Assembly (NCBI RefSeq): GCF_006345805.1
Contig: NC_043002.1
Span: 56,978,001-57,042,000, forward strand
Direction: 5' to 3'
DNA: 64,000 bases
Source of the DNA: Octopus sinensis
Lineage: Eukaryota
Under the pieces are notes generated by a model, which made no database searches, was not told the DNA's origin, and saw only the letters and a list, made by a program, of their open reading frames with translations. A program made the translations under genes and the position numbers. Shown piece after piece: positions 13,547-28,361 of this stretch (positions within the stretch are counted from its first letter, which is position 1; every line of letters starts with the position of its first letter).

Positions 13547-15113
13547 ATTATGTCCCCGCCCCATCCACTCACTAAAACCACCCCTACATATCTCTAATGT
13601 CCACCACTTTCTGTTTTGCCTCTCCCCTCTCCACATATCATCTCCCTCTTTTCTGATCTATCCACAGCTTTGTTTCACTGCTGCTCTCCTCCCTTACTGT
13701 AAGGCCCCTTATCAACTCCTCCTTCCTGAGCCATTCCAATTCTTTGATCATCATCACCATCTAGTTTCTGTTTTCCATCCAACAACAATACCTCCACCCT
13801 TATTTCATTCATCTCCACCCACATCTCTGACACTCTCCTCACACCATTATGAATTTATTCCCCCAAGCTTCTCAATTCAATCTGTCCTCTTTCTTATTCT
13901 CATTTTTTTGTGCCTTGACAGTTCACTCTGACATCGCATCATCACTATCATTTTTCTTCTTGCCAGCTTCCCTCACCTACTCTTATGCAATGTGGATAGT
14001 CATGTTATCTCCTCTCTAGCAAGACACCTGTGCCTGTCCCTTCTTGACACCTGGTGTAAAGCTACCTCCCCCTCTACTTCAGTCCCATTCAGTTAAGGTT
14101 TTTTTCTTTGCTATGTGAGTTACTTGGCAACGGTCACTAGTGCAATGGCATGAAAAAGCACTCACTACATTCTGTAAAGTGGTTGGCATTAAAGAAGGGC
14201 ATCCAACCACAGAAACCACACCAAAGGAGACATTGAGGATGAACAGTCTTTCAGCTCACTGGATTCTGTCAAACCATCTAACCAGTCGGCATGGAAGTGG
14301 GACGTTAGATAATGATGACGATAATTATTTACCTACAGGTGGTTTGGATTTACAAAAAAACAGCAAAAAGGGGATCATTAAAGAAGGAGAGCAATCCATG
14401 GTGCTGGGTAAAGTTGGTCTATGCTCGTCACCATCATCTTTTCAAATACTGGAATCGAATGTGAAAGAATAGTAGCTTTCTTCTTGGAATGGGACATGGT
14501 TTTCCAAAGATCGAGATATAGTCATGCTGAAAGTGAGATTGAAGATGTTGGCGAGGATAGGGGCAGGTATAGGGCATTGTTTTGAAAGTAAAAGGAGTTA
14601 TTGTTAGGGCATATGGCTTTCTTGGCTCGAAGCAGCTGAAGGTATTGTTTGCATTTGGCATGTATCTGTGTGTGTTGAAATTAACATGGTTGAAATATGA
14701 CGGAAAGGATTCTGAAAAGTTTACAAAGAAAAGTTTAAAAGAGTAAGGACCTCTGATAAGAGACCAAAAGGATCGTCTACAATCTGGGAAGACTCACGGA
14801 CTCTCCGATGTACAGAGGCTAAACAATAAGAGAGGAAGTCTCTTGTAAGTTGAGAGAAGACTAGGGTTTAAATGTATTACATACATAGAAATAGTAGAGG
14901 AAATAGGCATTGAAATGAAGTTCCCGTATCGTGCAGTTAGTATAAAATATATGATAGTTTATTATTTTCGTGATCTCAGGACGACAGGGTTTGTTTGCTG
15001 TAAAAGTTGTGGAATAAATTCAGGACATTATTAACTCTGTTAGCAACGAAAGTTGGCGCTAGACCGCTTTCCAGTGGAAATTTTAAGAATTATTGGGAAA
15101 GAATACTACTCAC

Positions 15114-15750
15114 CTTTGATGCAATGCATTCGTAAGTCGAGTTTCTGACCGGGTCGAAGTTTAGCAATGAGAATATCGTCATCAACAGGACGTATGTCTC
15201 CTTCTTTAAACAGATCAGCTTGATTGCCTATAGGGATCCACTTCATATGTCGACTGTAAACTTTATGGTTTATATATAAATCATCGGGGTCTGTCGTGTC
15301 AGCGTTGGGATTTTTACTACATTTTATCTTCAATTCGAACACTATGGTATCGCTGGGAGTTCCGTTCATATCTCCTTCACTTACGTACTCGAAGAGTCGG
15401 GGGTCTGCATATATCGGGATCAGACCAAGTCTGTGAGCTAGTACCTCGTCTTGTATGATAGAAGTATTATTGTTAACGAAGACTTTCTCAATAGCCATCG
15501 TAGGGACCTCGGAGATCAAGATACGTCGGAATGCGTTCACGATAGCAGCATCAATACCAACCATATCGAACTCCAAAAATTCATCGCAAAGACGAATTAT
15601 GTCAACTTTAAAGTTTTTTTTGAAGTTTCTCAAATTCAGAGCGTCATCATAACCTGCATATGATCCAGGGAAGTTAGTACTGTGCGTATTATCAACTGCA
15701 TACTCCTTCAATGTGAGCCGCGTGCGGATATCTTCTATCACGCCCGCCAT
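15114..15750 (-). CDS. POLR1C: POLR1C/RPC40 (RNA polymerase I/III subunit AC40), coding exon 1
   Basis: ATG at 15750 (MAGVIED...). Contains the alpha-like subunit motif [17 protein letters not shown] and [13 protein letters not shown], ending ...LRMHCIK-G. Canonical donor AAAG|GTGAGT with GT at 15113-15112, phase 1. Confidence 0.95.
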
Positions 15751-16501
15751 GTTTATGTGAAAGTAACACAAGACATATTTTCGTACTTGAAGTAATAACA
15801 ATAATTTTACTTCAGATTAGAATTGATATTAAATTAAAACGTTATTATTAATGAAATATATTTTATTTGAACATTCTTAAATGTAATTGATGCTAATATA
15901 AAAAAATGAAAGGAAAAACTATTTTATTTACATAACGTTAGTATAATTAATTCGGACCACGTGTAGTGATCAGTTTAGACAAGACAAATGAATGAAAATT
16001 CTTCTTTTCATTAAGTAAAAGAAAGAAATTGATGAGTTTGAAGTTATATTTATAGAAGAGAATAAACGAGATACGATGACGTAGTAGGGTGGCACCTGTT
16101 ATGACTTGAAAGTTAAATCAAAGTTATTAGCGGCTTCACATAAACATTAGGATTATTTACAGAGTGGTTCTCCTACTCGTTTCTTCATAACTTTTTGAAA
16201 AACATATTTGAAGAAATATGCTTTCCTGAGGGTAGATTATGTAATAGTAATGCTTCAAATATATAATCTGAAAAAAAAAGGTGAAAATTGGTTAAGTTAC
16301 GGAAATTAGAGTCAATAAAATCGGGGTGAGTGGAGAAAAGCAATTTATAATAATAATGAATGAAATTATTGTATACAGTGCTCAGGTGCACCACAACTTG
16401 TCAAAAGTGCGTATAAAGTATATGCTGTAATGTACAAATGTCTGGAAAGTGAACAGTGTATGAGTCAGATACATGCTTGCGTGTGTATGGAGGGGAGAAA
16501 C

Positions 16502-16830
16502 TCAGGTGTAGTGTTGGCGAATCTCATGAAGCATGGAAGTTTTGAAGGATGCAGCGCTCCGACAACTAACAACTGATGTCGGCAGTTTGTTCCATGTTTT
16601 AGCAACTCTTAGCATTAAAAAATCTTTTCTGACTTTGTAAACATGTCCACGGGTGTTAGACAGATGGAGTTTGAAAAGGTGCTCAGAGTTATTGTTTGTA
16701 AGATGGTTAATAATTTTATGGGTGTTTGCCAAGTCAGCTGCCAGACGTCGGAGTTTCAATGTATCCATGCCCAGGGAAGTAAGGCGTTCAGAATATGGCA
16801 AATGCCTGATGGAGGGTATTCTCTTGAAAT
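16502..16830 (-). mobile_element. CR1/L2-like LINE 3' fragment
   Basis: PYSERLTSLGMDTLKLRRLAADL..NTRGHVYK..RVAKTWNKLP. Confidence 0.8.
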
Positions 16831-17279
16831 GCCTTAAAGAATTTTTTTGGTAAATTTTATCATGTACGCAGGAGTGACTGTGTGGTAAGAAGTTTACTTC
16901 CTAACCCCATGGTTCCAGGTTCAGTCCCACTGTGTGACACTTTGCACAAATGTTTTCTACTATAGCACCCGGATGGACCAAAGCCTTGTGAGTGGATTTG
17001 GTTGACAGAAATTGAAAGAAGCCTGTCGTATGTGTGTGTGTGTGTGTGCATCCTTGTTTATAGCCCCACAGCTGGACACCCGGTGTTGGTGTGTTTACGA
17101 CCCTGTAATCTAGCGGTTTCGCAAAAGATATCGATACAATAATTACCAAAAGATATCGATAGAAAAAGACCGAAATTTTTCAAGGCGGTGCCCCAGCATG
17201 GCCACAGTCTACTGACTGAAACGAACTAGTAAAAGTTCATAATTGTCATCTACATCCTCGTAAACGTATCGCTGCAAAA

Positions 17280-18590
17280 TTTCATTAAAAAAAACTTTTT
17301 TCCAGAAAGTTTTTGGAAACGAAGTCGGTGGAGCACACATAGTGGCTTTCTTCAACTGAATACACGTCATTGATTGGTTGAAATTACCCAAATACGACAA
17401 CTTTAACATGAAATAACTTCTAAAATGTCAAATTTTCTCAAAATGTTTAAAGTAAACTGTGTTTTGCGTGAGAAAAAGCTAACATGTTTGGCTGTATCAT
17501 CCTTTCAGCAAGTTCAGTTGTGCGGAGAATAGAAGAACTTGGAGAGAATATACAGTTACAGATACATGAGAAAGCTAAGAAATTTTTGTGGTATTCTCTT
17601 GCGATGGGCGAGTCTACTGATCTCTCTAGTATGTCACAACTTTTTGTGTTCATTCGTGGTGTTAATTGCAACTTATAGATTATAGAAGAAATGGCATCCG
17701 TTTGCAGTATGTATGGAACAACAACTGGAGAAGATATTTTCATAGAGATGCAGAAAACTTTGCAAAACTATAACCTTTGGTGTTTTACAGTCGATGGAGG
17801 AAAAAACATGGCAGGAGTAAGGAAGGGTTTGGAAGGGCGGATCCAGACCAAGTTGGAGGAGCTTCAACTTCCGAAAGATCTGTTTATATACTGCATTATA
17901 CATCAGCAAGCACTCTGTGGAAAACACTGATATTTCTTGTGTACTAAAACCGGTTACAACTGTGATGAACTTTATTCGGAATCATGGGCTTAATCACCGA
18001 CAATTCCTGACTTTCCTTGAAGAACTGGATTCTAATTTCTGTGACTTGCCTTACTACACGGGAGTGAGATGGCTCAGTTGCGGTAAAGTCCTGTTTCGTT
18101 TTTATAAGCTCCGAAGAGAAATAGATCTTTTTCTCATCAGAAAGAATAGAGCTGATTCACAGCTGTCAGAGCCTTCATGGTTATCAAAGTTGTCATTTTT
18201 AGTTGACGTCACTTCTCATACGAATGAATTGAATTTAAAACTACAAGGAAAGAATAACCTTGTCTATGATCTCTACAGAATTAATACAGCTTTTCGGGGT
18301 AAGCTATCATTTTTTGAAGCTCAACTTGAAGGAGAAAACCTCTCTCATTTTCAGTGTTTTCAAGAGTTTTGCACAGAAAATGTGGAACATATTAACCCCG
18401 AGCAGTAGAAAAAAATTATTCGGGTCTTAAATGAGCATTTATCTCAAAGATCTTCAAAGCTTGACAGAAATGAGAATGAAATTCTTTTGTTTGAGAATCC
18501 CTTTGGCTCTTACCTTGATAACATGCTAACTAAACTACAACTGGAGCTTATTGACTTGCAAGCCAATATCTTGTTGAAAGAGAAACGCAT
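17280..18590 (+). mobile_element. hAT (Buster/SPIN/GTF2IRD2-like) transposase remnant
   Basis: YSLAMGESTD..QLFVFIRGV, TVDGGKNMAG, YCIIHQQALC, MNFIR..GLNHRQF, VRWLSCGKVLFRFY; multiple stops and frameshifts. Confidence 0.85.
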
Positions 18591-18596
18591 TTTGTA

Positions 18597-18669
<73 letters not shown>

Positions 18670-19286
18670 TAATAAATAAAATATATGCATACATACAAAC
18701 ATATATGTACGTACCGACATCTACATGTATATATACATGCATATATAAATATATATACGTACAGGACACCACAAAAAGACGTAAAAATCAACAGAAACGA
18801 AAACGGAAAAGACATTTTGTTACAACAGAAGGACAGAGACGTGGAACAAGACGAAAACGAAAACGGGGAAAACATTATGTACAGCAGAAAAACGAGGTAC
18901 AGGACATGCTGCACAAAGAAAAATCCCCTTCATCAGCTGTCGCTAGCAGACATAGCGTGTTTCGAAGGCAAGACAGGACACGTCTGATCATGCTAGGCCT
19001 TCTACGAGAGAATTAAAATAAAATAACCTCGTAGAGGGGTAAAACGAGCTAGAAAAAAATGTAACACAAAAAGGGACGTAACAAAGAACTGCACAAAAAA
19101 AAATACAAGAAAAAATACAAAATTAAAGATGTCGGTACGTACATATATGTTTGTATGTATGCATATATTTTATTTATTACACTATTGTCTGACAGCGCTT
19201 CGCGTCGGGTTCGTTTGAATTTTCGATTTTTCGAATTCTCACTTCGTTCCGTCTCTTTCCTCCCAGTTTGTTTTTACAGTTTATAT

Positions 19287-19355
<69 letters not shown>

Positions 19356-20833
19356 ATATACACACACATATATGTGTATATGTGTATACACGCGCGCGCG
19401 CAAACACACACACATATATATATATATACACACACATATATGTGTATATGTGTATACACGCGCGCGCGCAAACACACACACATATACATTCATCCATCTA
19501 TCCATCCATATATGCATGCATGAAAGCATGTGTGTATGTATGTATGTATGTATGTGTGTGTGTGTGAGCGCGCGCGTGTATATATATATATATATATATA
19601 TATAATTATTTCTAGCCCACACTATATTATATTATATGCAAATCAGAGACATATGTATGTGTATGCATATACACCCCACGTTCGCCAGCGCGCATTTTTT
19701 TTTCATATTCGTTTACTACATGTTGTACACCTATTACACTATTATTTTGTTTTGGCTCGGGTTAAACGCTTTAGTTGGACCCAGTAAAGTACTGGATCGA
19801 TTTAATTGGGTATGTATAGCTTCGAACAAAATATGCAGCCATGCACTAAAACATCGTTAAAAAAAAATAAAGGGAAATAATTCTTCAAAGCAGAATGTAG
19901 CATTTATTTCCCCTTAACAGTTTTCAGATCGCGGTCGTACTGGAGCACAGTCTTCAAGATTTTTTAGTCAAATGAATCGACACTAATCCTTTTATTTTTT
20001 TAAAACTAAACTTATTCTATCAATCTCGGTTGCCTAACCGCTATATTATGAGGATGTAACCACATCAACGCCGATTGTCAAGCGATTGTGGGGGACAAAC
20101 ACAGACGGAAACACACACACACACACACACATACACACGGGATTCTTTCAGTTTCCGTCTGCCAAATCCACTGTCAAGTCTTTGATCGGCCCACAACTAT
20201 AGTAGGAGACACTTGTGCAAAGTGCCATGCAGTGGGACTGAACTTGGAACCAGTTCCAAACTTAGGTCGCACATCCCACCTTTCTCTTTGATAACTTTTT
20301 TATTGGAAAATTACTATTTGTAAATCTCTCAACAAGAGATATTCAGCAACAGTATTTTAGAGTAAAGATTATTTTCCGGCATAACATGGCTAAATTACAG
20401 CAACATTCGTCCTAAGGACACTGACCGTGTCGTATAGCCAGTTGGGGACGATGTTTTCCTGGGGCTAAATTACAGTAACATTCGTCCTAAACCAGGACTG
20501 CCATGTTATGTTGGCAAATAATCTTTAACTCTTATTGTTTATCTTCTTCTTTAAATTTCAGATTTTCAAACTTATTTGAAATCAATTTCTTTCATACTGG
20601 TTTCAAATTTTGGCACATGGCCAGAAACTTCGGGGGTGGGGGCGTGTAGGCCAGTTACATCGACTCAATTACTCAGTTGGTACTTATTTTATCAACCCCT
20701 GAAAAGATTAATGGCAAAGTCGCCCTCGGCGGAATTTGAACTCAAAACGTAAAGACGGATGAAATGCCGCTAAGCATTTGGCTCGGCGTGATAACGAGTC
20801 TGCCAGCTCGTTGCCTTATCATATTCCTTATTT

Positions 20834-21475
20834 GGTGCTACTTTGGCGTGTGATCTACAATTTAAAGGGAGATTACTTTGGGTTACTTTTTTGTTTATTT
20901 TCAATTTCTAAAAACACTTAAGATGTTGTTTAAAGATTTTACAATTTGATCAGCGACGAGACGAAAGCAGTTGCAATTTTACGAAGAAATGGCCTTTTCG
21001 ATGATGAAGCAAATGTTGCACCTTGTCATGGTAATGGTAGAGAAATGAAGGAAGCTCGAAGAAAACGGAAAAACGGTGACATTTTGCCAATTTTACGTTG
21101 CAAAACTCGCGGCTACTAAATTCGTATTATTTACGCGTTTATCTTAATTATTGTTATTTTTTTTGTTCTTGGTTTCTTATCATTATTTTCTTAGAATTAA
21201 ATGAAACATGGATTCATTATTATTATGAAAATAATAATAATTTTGAAAAGTGCATTTACAATGCTGAGTATGTACAAAAGAATTTATTATAAAATTGAAC
21301 AGTAATTTAATAATAAAGATGAAATACAAATTTGAATAATTTTATCGATGAATTGAGCGAACATCTGCAGGAAACGCAAGAACATCTTAAGAGTTTTTAG
21401 AATTTGAAACATAAACTAAAAACTAACTTAAAGTATTCGCCATTTAAGTTGTAGATCACACGCCAAAGTAGCACC
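20834..21475 (+). mobile_element. Internally deleted DNA transposon with ~33-bp GG-initiated TIRs (Merlin-like)
   Basis: TIR ggtgctactttggcgtgtgatctacaa(t/c)ttaaa at both ends. Internal peptide ISDETKAVAILRRNGL..CHGNGREM..ILRCK looks like an ISXO2/Merlin N-terminus. No clear TSD. Confidence 0.6.
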
Positions 21476-22639
21476 TAGTTTTCTTTCTTTGCCGAGGTGT
21501 TGGACAAGTCAAGGTAGTCTTTCGGTTTATGAACGTAAAATGAATATGGAAGTATTGACAGTATTTGGCAATACCAAGGCGGACGTATCAACCTAGTCAA
21601 GAATCGAACTTATAAGGATTGAAAAAGAAAGCTCACAACTTCCCTTGTATAGAATATTTACGAGGTTTTTCGGATTTTTGCATAAAAGTACATGGTCTAG
21701 TGATCAGGGGGATGCATTCATGATGGCAAGGTCATGGGTTACATTCTTGGACCAGGTAGTCAGACCAAATACCCTAACCACTAGCACCATCGTCATCATT
21801 ATCACCACCATCACCATCTCTCCTAGACATTTCAGTCTCGTTACACAGTTTCCATTGCATGTAAGTGACCCGGGTCAGAACATTTCCCTTTGAATGAGTT
21901 GTCATTTTATCACTCATTTACAACTGAGTGGACTGCAGCAAAGTGAAGTATTTTGCCCAAGAACACCACGCACTGTCCGCTCCAAGAATCGGAACCACAA
22001 TCTTGTGATCATGAGTGCTATATCCTGACCCCTAGGCCAGTAGGCACCCAACACTTTTTTTCCAAAATCTTCTTTTGATTTCTATGTTTTCAAAAACAAG
22101 AATATTATGAATCTGAACTAAAAACACACACGCACACACGGCAGCTTTTCAATTTCACTTAAGCCACCAACTCACTACTATCTATTAAAACCACTTTTCG
22201 AAGACAAAAAAAAGGTAAAAAAAGCGAATTCCTTACTTAAAAATAGATTATAATTCTTCACATGTTTTTCTTCAAAATTTCTGTCTTTTCTTAAATACCG
22301 ATTCATTTCAATAATTTTCCCACTTCCATTTTGTGATCATAAACCGAAAGAATGCTTATGCTTAAAAATCTCCCACGACCCCTTAATTTGATTTCCGTGG
22401 TGTATAAGTGGCACTCCGTCGGTTGCGATATGTGTTCCAGTTGATTCAATCAACGGAACAGCCTGCTCGTGAAATTAACGTGCAATAGTAGCTGGGAAGT
22501 TAACCCTACAAAGGACTGGCGTCCTGTTTTGTAGAGGTGGAGTTTGGCAATCTCAGTCACTTATGAGTGAAGGTACATGGCTTAGGGGTTAGGGTATTTG
22601 GGTCACGATTGTACGGCCGTGAGTTCGATTCTCGACGGC

Positions 22640-24132
22640 GCCTTATGTGAACTTAACGAGGAAAAACAACAAAGAGGGTCTTCCTTCTACGAAAAGGAGT
22701 CCACGATTTTTTACAAGATGCCAAGTCAGATTTGCGCGCCAAATTCTCCAATGTTCGTTTTCTGAACTGCTTGGCATTTTTGCTGGTCGTATTCGAGTCG
22801 GTGAATGTCGTCAATCTTTCACTGTAAAAGAAAGATATAACCATGTTTCATTCTCATGGAAAACTGCCTTCAAAATGAAGCTTGAACTTTGGATAGAAAG
22901 AACATTGCATCATTTCCTCAACTAAACATGTTTATTGATGAAAACGAGCTTCAAGTCGATGACAAGATATCGTTGAACTCGCGAAACAACACGTGACAAT
23001 ACTTGGCACAGAAATATTCTCTTTATTTTCCTGATCTTCATGACTTTGGCAAATACCTTCTCTTTATCAGGAACCCCTTTGTACTCTCTGTTAGCCATCT
23101 TCCAACAGAAGACAATTCAATTCAAGAGCTGTTCATTGATTTGGTCAACGATCGAGGTGAAAAATGTTTTTTTTTTCCCGTGAAATGTGCTGTTTTGACA
23201 TTTTGATTGAAACGGCACGGTCACATCCCGATGTCGCAAAAATGGCTCTTATAGTACTGATGCCACTTCCAACCACCTATATGCGTGAGACGGCGCTTTC
23301 AACTTTACTTGCCATCAAAACGAAGTCACGAAATCGACTGGATGTCACACCAGAAATGAAGGTTGCCCTCACCAAAATAGCCGAACACAGAAGAGTTGGT
23401 TACTTTGCTGTAAATAAAACGACAGTCTGCTTTTCTGAATAAATAATTTCTTATATAATTTTTTTGTTGTCATGTCATGTATCAGGGATTCAGGAAAAGG
23501 GATGGCAAACTTTTAGGGAAGGAAGAGAAGACGGTGTTTCTACTAAAATTCCCGTGCATACTAGTGGTCCAATTGACATAAACCTCTGTACATTTTGGGA
23601 TGCTATTAAAATTCTTCGGCTGAAAATAGGTAAATTGGTTGAAATACATCTCTTGGATAATCAATAAAAAGACTGACTTCACAATAGGGAAGAATAGCAT
23701 TCCAAATATGGTGAAAGGGGAAGGTGATGCCAAAAGTTCAAGAACCAGTCATGTGCGTGTGTATACGTGGTTTCCGGTGTATGAACCACAGTTTCTGTCA
23801 GCTAAATGGGCAAAGATGGGTCTAACTCAGTTGTTAATACAGGATGCTGGGATATTTTCGGACTGTTTTCGTTCCTCATTTGTTTTGGAACCAATTAATC
23901 AACTGATTCCCCATGTTTTCATGTGTATTTATTGTATCCCAATGGAGTATTGCGTGGATTAAGGTGTAGTTTTCTGGGCAGTGTGGTTCACAGTTCGGAA
24001 ATTACGGTACAAATGCATGTAATTTTTTTTCCATGCTAATTATCCTGCATTTTATTGAGGACTGCGGTCTTCGAAAATATAGTAAGGGGACTGGCACGTA
24101 AGCTTTTTTGAAAAGTTCGAGAAGCCCTGTTT
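22640..24132 (+). mobile_element. hAT (Charlie/ZBED5-like) transposase C-terminal remnant with 3' terminus
   Basis: AFKMKLELW, YFPDL..RNPF, ALIVLMPLPTTYMRETALSTLLAIKTKSRNRLDV (hAT dimerisation domain); ends ...gttcgagaagccctg, a typical CAGGG-type TIR. Confidence 0.7.
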
Positions 24133-25335
24133 TTAAAACATAATTCTATACATTCAAGACACGATTAATAATTCTTCACAATCTAAGGGGAGCAACTTAG
24201 ATTTAGTGATAATGGAGTTACTTCCCTTTCTAAAATTAATATTACCTCGAAGGGTTTCAGACGAGCAAATCGATCTCAGGACTTATATTTTAAAGCGTGG
24301 TACTTATTCTATCTGTCTATTTTACCGAACCACTATATTACGGACACGTAAATAAATACCGTTTGTCAAACATTAGGGAGCTGGGACAAACACAAACATA
24401 CGCACAAAAAGATACTTACATACACACACATATATACATACACATACATACATACATACATACATACATACATACATACATACATACTTACATACATACA
24501 TACATACGGGCTTCTTCCAGTTTCCATCTATCAAATCCACTCACAAGGCTTTGGTCAGCCCAAATCTACAGTAGAATACACTTGTCGGAGATGCCACGCA
24601 GTGGGACTGAACCCCGAGCCATGTGGATTGGATGCACTCAGGAGCGAGGCAAAGTGACGGTTAAAAAGAGAAAAGGAAGATGGTTTCACTTAAGCTTGGT
24701 CAAACATCTTTCTCTGAGTGTCAATATTGAAGACACACCGAGGAAGTGAGCTGGCAGAATCGTTAGCAAGCCGGGCGAAATGCTTAGCGGTATTTCGTCA
24801 GCCGTTACGTTGTGAGTTCAAATTACGCCGAGGTCGACTTTGCCTTTCATACTTTCGGGGTCGATTAAATAAGTACCAGTTACGCACTGGGGTCGATATA
24901 ATCGACTTAATCCGTTTGTCTGTCCTTGTTTGTCCTCTCTGTGTTTAGCTCCTTGTGGGTAGTAAAGAAATAGGTATTTTTTTCTGTCTTTATGTTCTGA
25001 GTTCAAATTCCGGCGAGGTCGACGTTGCCCTTCATCGTCTCGGGGGTTGATAAATTAAGTACCAGTTGCGTACTGAGGTCGATCTAATCGACTAGCCCCC
25101 TCCCCCACAATTTCAGGCCTTGTGCCTAGCGAAGAAAAGAATATTGAAGACACACACACGTACACGTTAGATGGGGGCATGGATGGGATGGATGTGTGGT
25201 AAGACGTTCACTTCCCAATCGCATGCGTTCACGTTCAGTTCCATTGCAACCTAAGGTAAGTGGTCTTCTATTATCACCCAGGGACGACCAAAGCCTTGGG
25301 AGTGGATTGGCACATAAAAACTGAAAGAAGCCGCC

Positions 25336-25416
<81 letters not shown>

Positions 25417-25450
25417 ATATATAATAATAATAATATATATATATATATAT

Positions 25451-25550
25451 TTAACAATTAAGGATAACTTCTTAATAAGGAATCTTAACAAGAAATTATC
25501 AGGTAGTTAGCGTGAAAAAACCTCATAAGAAAAAAAATTCGAAAATAATA
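25451..25550. repeat. Dispersed terminal fragment of the 477-bp HHR unit, in (TA)n
   Basis: ttaacaattaaggataacttcttaataagg..aacctcataaga..ttcgaaaataa matches 60103-60205 and starts at the same (TA)n junction. Confidence 0.75.
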
Positions 25551-25698
25551 TTTTTTTTCTTTTGATATATATATATATAGATATTATATATATATATATA
25601 TATATATATAGTACAAAGTAAGATGGGGGTTATGAGGGTAATGGTAATATCTGTAAGTTGATGATTAAAATGAATTTGTTCCTCCATTTTCTTATTTG

Positions 25699-25730
<32 letters not shown>

Positions 25731-25995
25731 TATAATAATAATAATAATAATAAATAATAATATATAATGATAATAATGATAATAATAACAATAATAATAA
25801 TAATAATAATAAAATAATAATAATAATAATAGTAATAATAATGATAATAATAACAACAACAACAATAATATAATAATAATAATAATAATAATATATAATA
25901 ATAATATAATAATAATAAATAATAATATAATAATAATAATATCCAAACTTAGAGGGAAAAATTCAATTTAGAAATACTAAATCAAATTTCACAAA

Positions 25996-26046
<51 letters not shown>

Positions 26047-26123
26047 CAGAAAAAAACACCTTTTATCAATTCAATAATGAAAAAATGAATTATATGTAAT
26101 CTTTCTAAATGGTATAATTTATA

Positions 26124-27181
26124 CATTGGGTTGTCCGGAAAGTTCGTGCTGATATATAGTAGCATAATCAACCAAATATGAACCATTACATTTTTAATCA
26201 ACCAAATATGAACCATTTTTTGCGCAATGCGTCTCCATCTTTCCTTTAACTTGAAAATTCTTCCCAGAATTAAGGTGGTTTCATGGCAAAGAATTTATCA
26301 AGGTATCTTTTTACGTCATCCAAAGAATTGAAATTTTTACGATTAAGACTATTCTGCAGAGATCTGAATAAATGGAAATCCGAAGGGGCAATATCTGGTG
26401 AATATGGAGGGTGGGGTAACACATCCCAGTCGAGCTGCTGCAATTTTTGTCTGGTTGCCAAAGAAACGTGCGGTCTTGCATTATCATGTTGGAAAACAAC
26501 ACATTTCCTGTTGGCCAGTTCTGGACGTTTCTCTTGAATTTCTGCTTTTAACTCGTCCAGTTGTGTGTAGTATTTTTCAGAATTAATTGTCTGGTTACTT
26601 GAGAGAAGTTCATAGTACAGAATTCCTTTCCAGTCTCACCAGACACAAAGCAATACTTTTTAAGGGTGAAGACCCGCTTTTGGGGTAGCTAAGGGTGGCT
26701 CATGTCGCTTACTCCAGGATCGCTTTCTCTGAACATTTCGGTAGATAATCCATTTCTCATGACCTGTCACAATTTGCTTTAAAAAAGGCACGTTTTCATT
26801 CCGTTTATAAAGCGAATCACAGATAGAAATGCGATCCAAAAGGTTCTTCTCACTCAACTCATGTGTTACCCAAACATCGTAGCGATTTGTGTACAGTTCT
26901 TTCGGATAAAGAAACATCACCGTAAACTGCGCATATTTCTTTGGTTGCTTGTGAAGAAAAGCATCAAGTGCCGAAAATGAACTTTTTTATCTTCCATTTT
27001 AAAGGGTTACATAATTAACGCAGGTTATAGGAACATAAGCCTTCTTCCACGAAAAGATAGCTTAAACTGTGCTCTAAATGTAGGTGTAGTAAAATCCTAT
27101 TTTATGGACTCAAGCATGTTCTAAAATATGTCGAAAGGTATGCTACTATATATCAGCACGAACTTTCCGGATAACCCAATG
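26124..27181 (-). mobile_element. mariner DNA transposon (internally deleted) with 43-bp TIRs and TA TSD
   Basis: TIR CATTGGGTT(G/A)TCCGGAAAGTTCGTGCTGATATATAGTAGCATA at 26124-26166 and 27139-27181 (1 mismatch). Peptides IVTGHEKWI and HPPYSPDIAPSDFHLFRSL. Confidence 0.92.
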
Positions 27182-27196
27182 TATATATGTATGTGT

Positions 27197-27230
<34 letters not shown>

Positions 27231-27491
27231 TGTGGTGTGTGTGTGTGTGTATGTGTGTGTGTGTGTATGTGTGTCAGTAGGCCTCATGGTCCCAGCAGAT
27301 AAAGTGGAAAAGGTGATGCCTCGCAGAATGGTGAGGGAGATGTGCTGGGATATGGTCCGGGGGCAGAGAACTTCGGAGGTCTTCGCTATCACAGGCTCGA
27401 CCACAAATTTGTCAGAGAGCAGCCGATACATACATACATGCATACATACATACATACATACACACATACATACATACATACATACATACAT

Positions 27492-27584
<93 letters not shown>

Positions 27585-28304
27585 ATTATTTGAGGGAATA
27601 AAATCCATACTTACAGGAAAAAAATTCAACTTAGAAATACTAAATCAAATATCACACAATATAATATACATATAAATCCTTAAATCCTTAAAAATTTAGC
27701 CCGAAGCCGCGGCCATGCTGGGGCACCATATATATATAATATATATATATATATATGTTAAAAATTTTTTTTTCTTTTACTAGTTTCCGTCATTTGACTG
27801 TAGCCATGCTGGAGCACCGCCTTTAGTCGAGCAAATCGACCCCAGGACTTATTCTCTGTAAACCCAGTACTTATTCTATCGGTTCTCTTTTGCCAAACTG
27901 CTAAGTTACGGGGATGCAAACACACCACCATTGGTTGTCAAGCGATGGTGGCGGGACAAACACAAACACACACACAAACACACATACATATATGTGTATA
28001 CGACAGGCTTCTTTCAGTTTCCGTCTACCAAGTCCATTCACAAGGCTTTGGTCGGCCCGAGGCTATTTAGAAGACTCTTGTCCAAGGTGCCACACTGTGG
28101 GAATGAACCCAGAACCATGTGGTTGGAAAACAAGCTACCTACCACACAGCGACTCCTGAGGCTATATATACATACATACATACACACACACACACATATA
28201 TATATATACATACACATAGATAGATAGTGAGTAAGGGAGTGAATTTGAGGAAGGGAGGGAGAGAGAAAATGTAGGATTATGAGGTAGACGGAGAAAAAGA
28301 TGGA

Positions 28305-28361
<57 letters not shown>

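Noticed and set aside
15751-15801. N-terminal extension [17 protein letters not shown] of the POLR1C ORF
   Set aside because: Begins at a non-ATG start, is AT-rich and has no homology; the ATG at 15750 gives a normal-length AC40.
18925-18970. Minus-strand GAAAC..GTC..CTGATGA in type II hammerhead order
   Set aside because: Stem I cannot pair without consuming the cleavage nucleotide, and stem II is mostly G.U; not supportable as a ribozyme.
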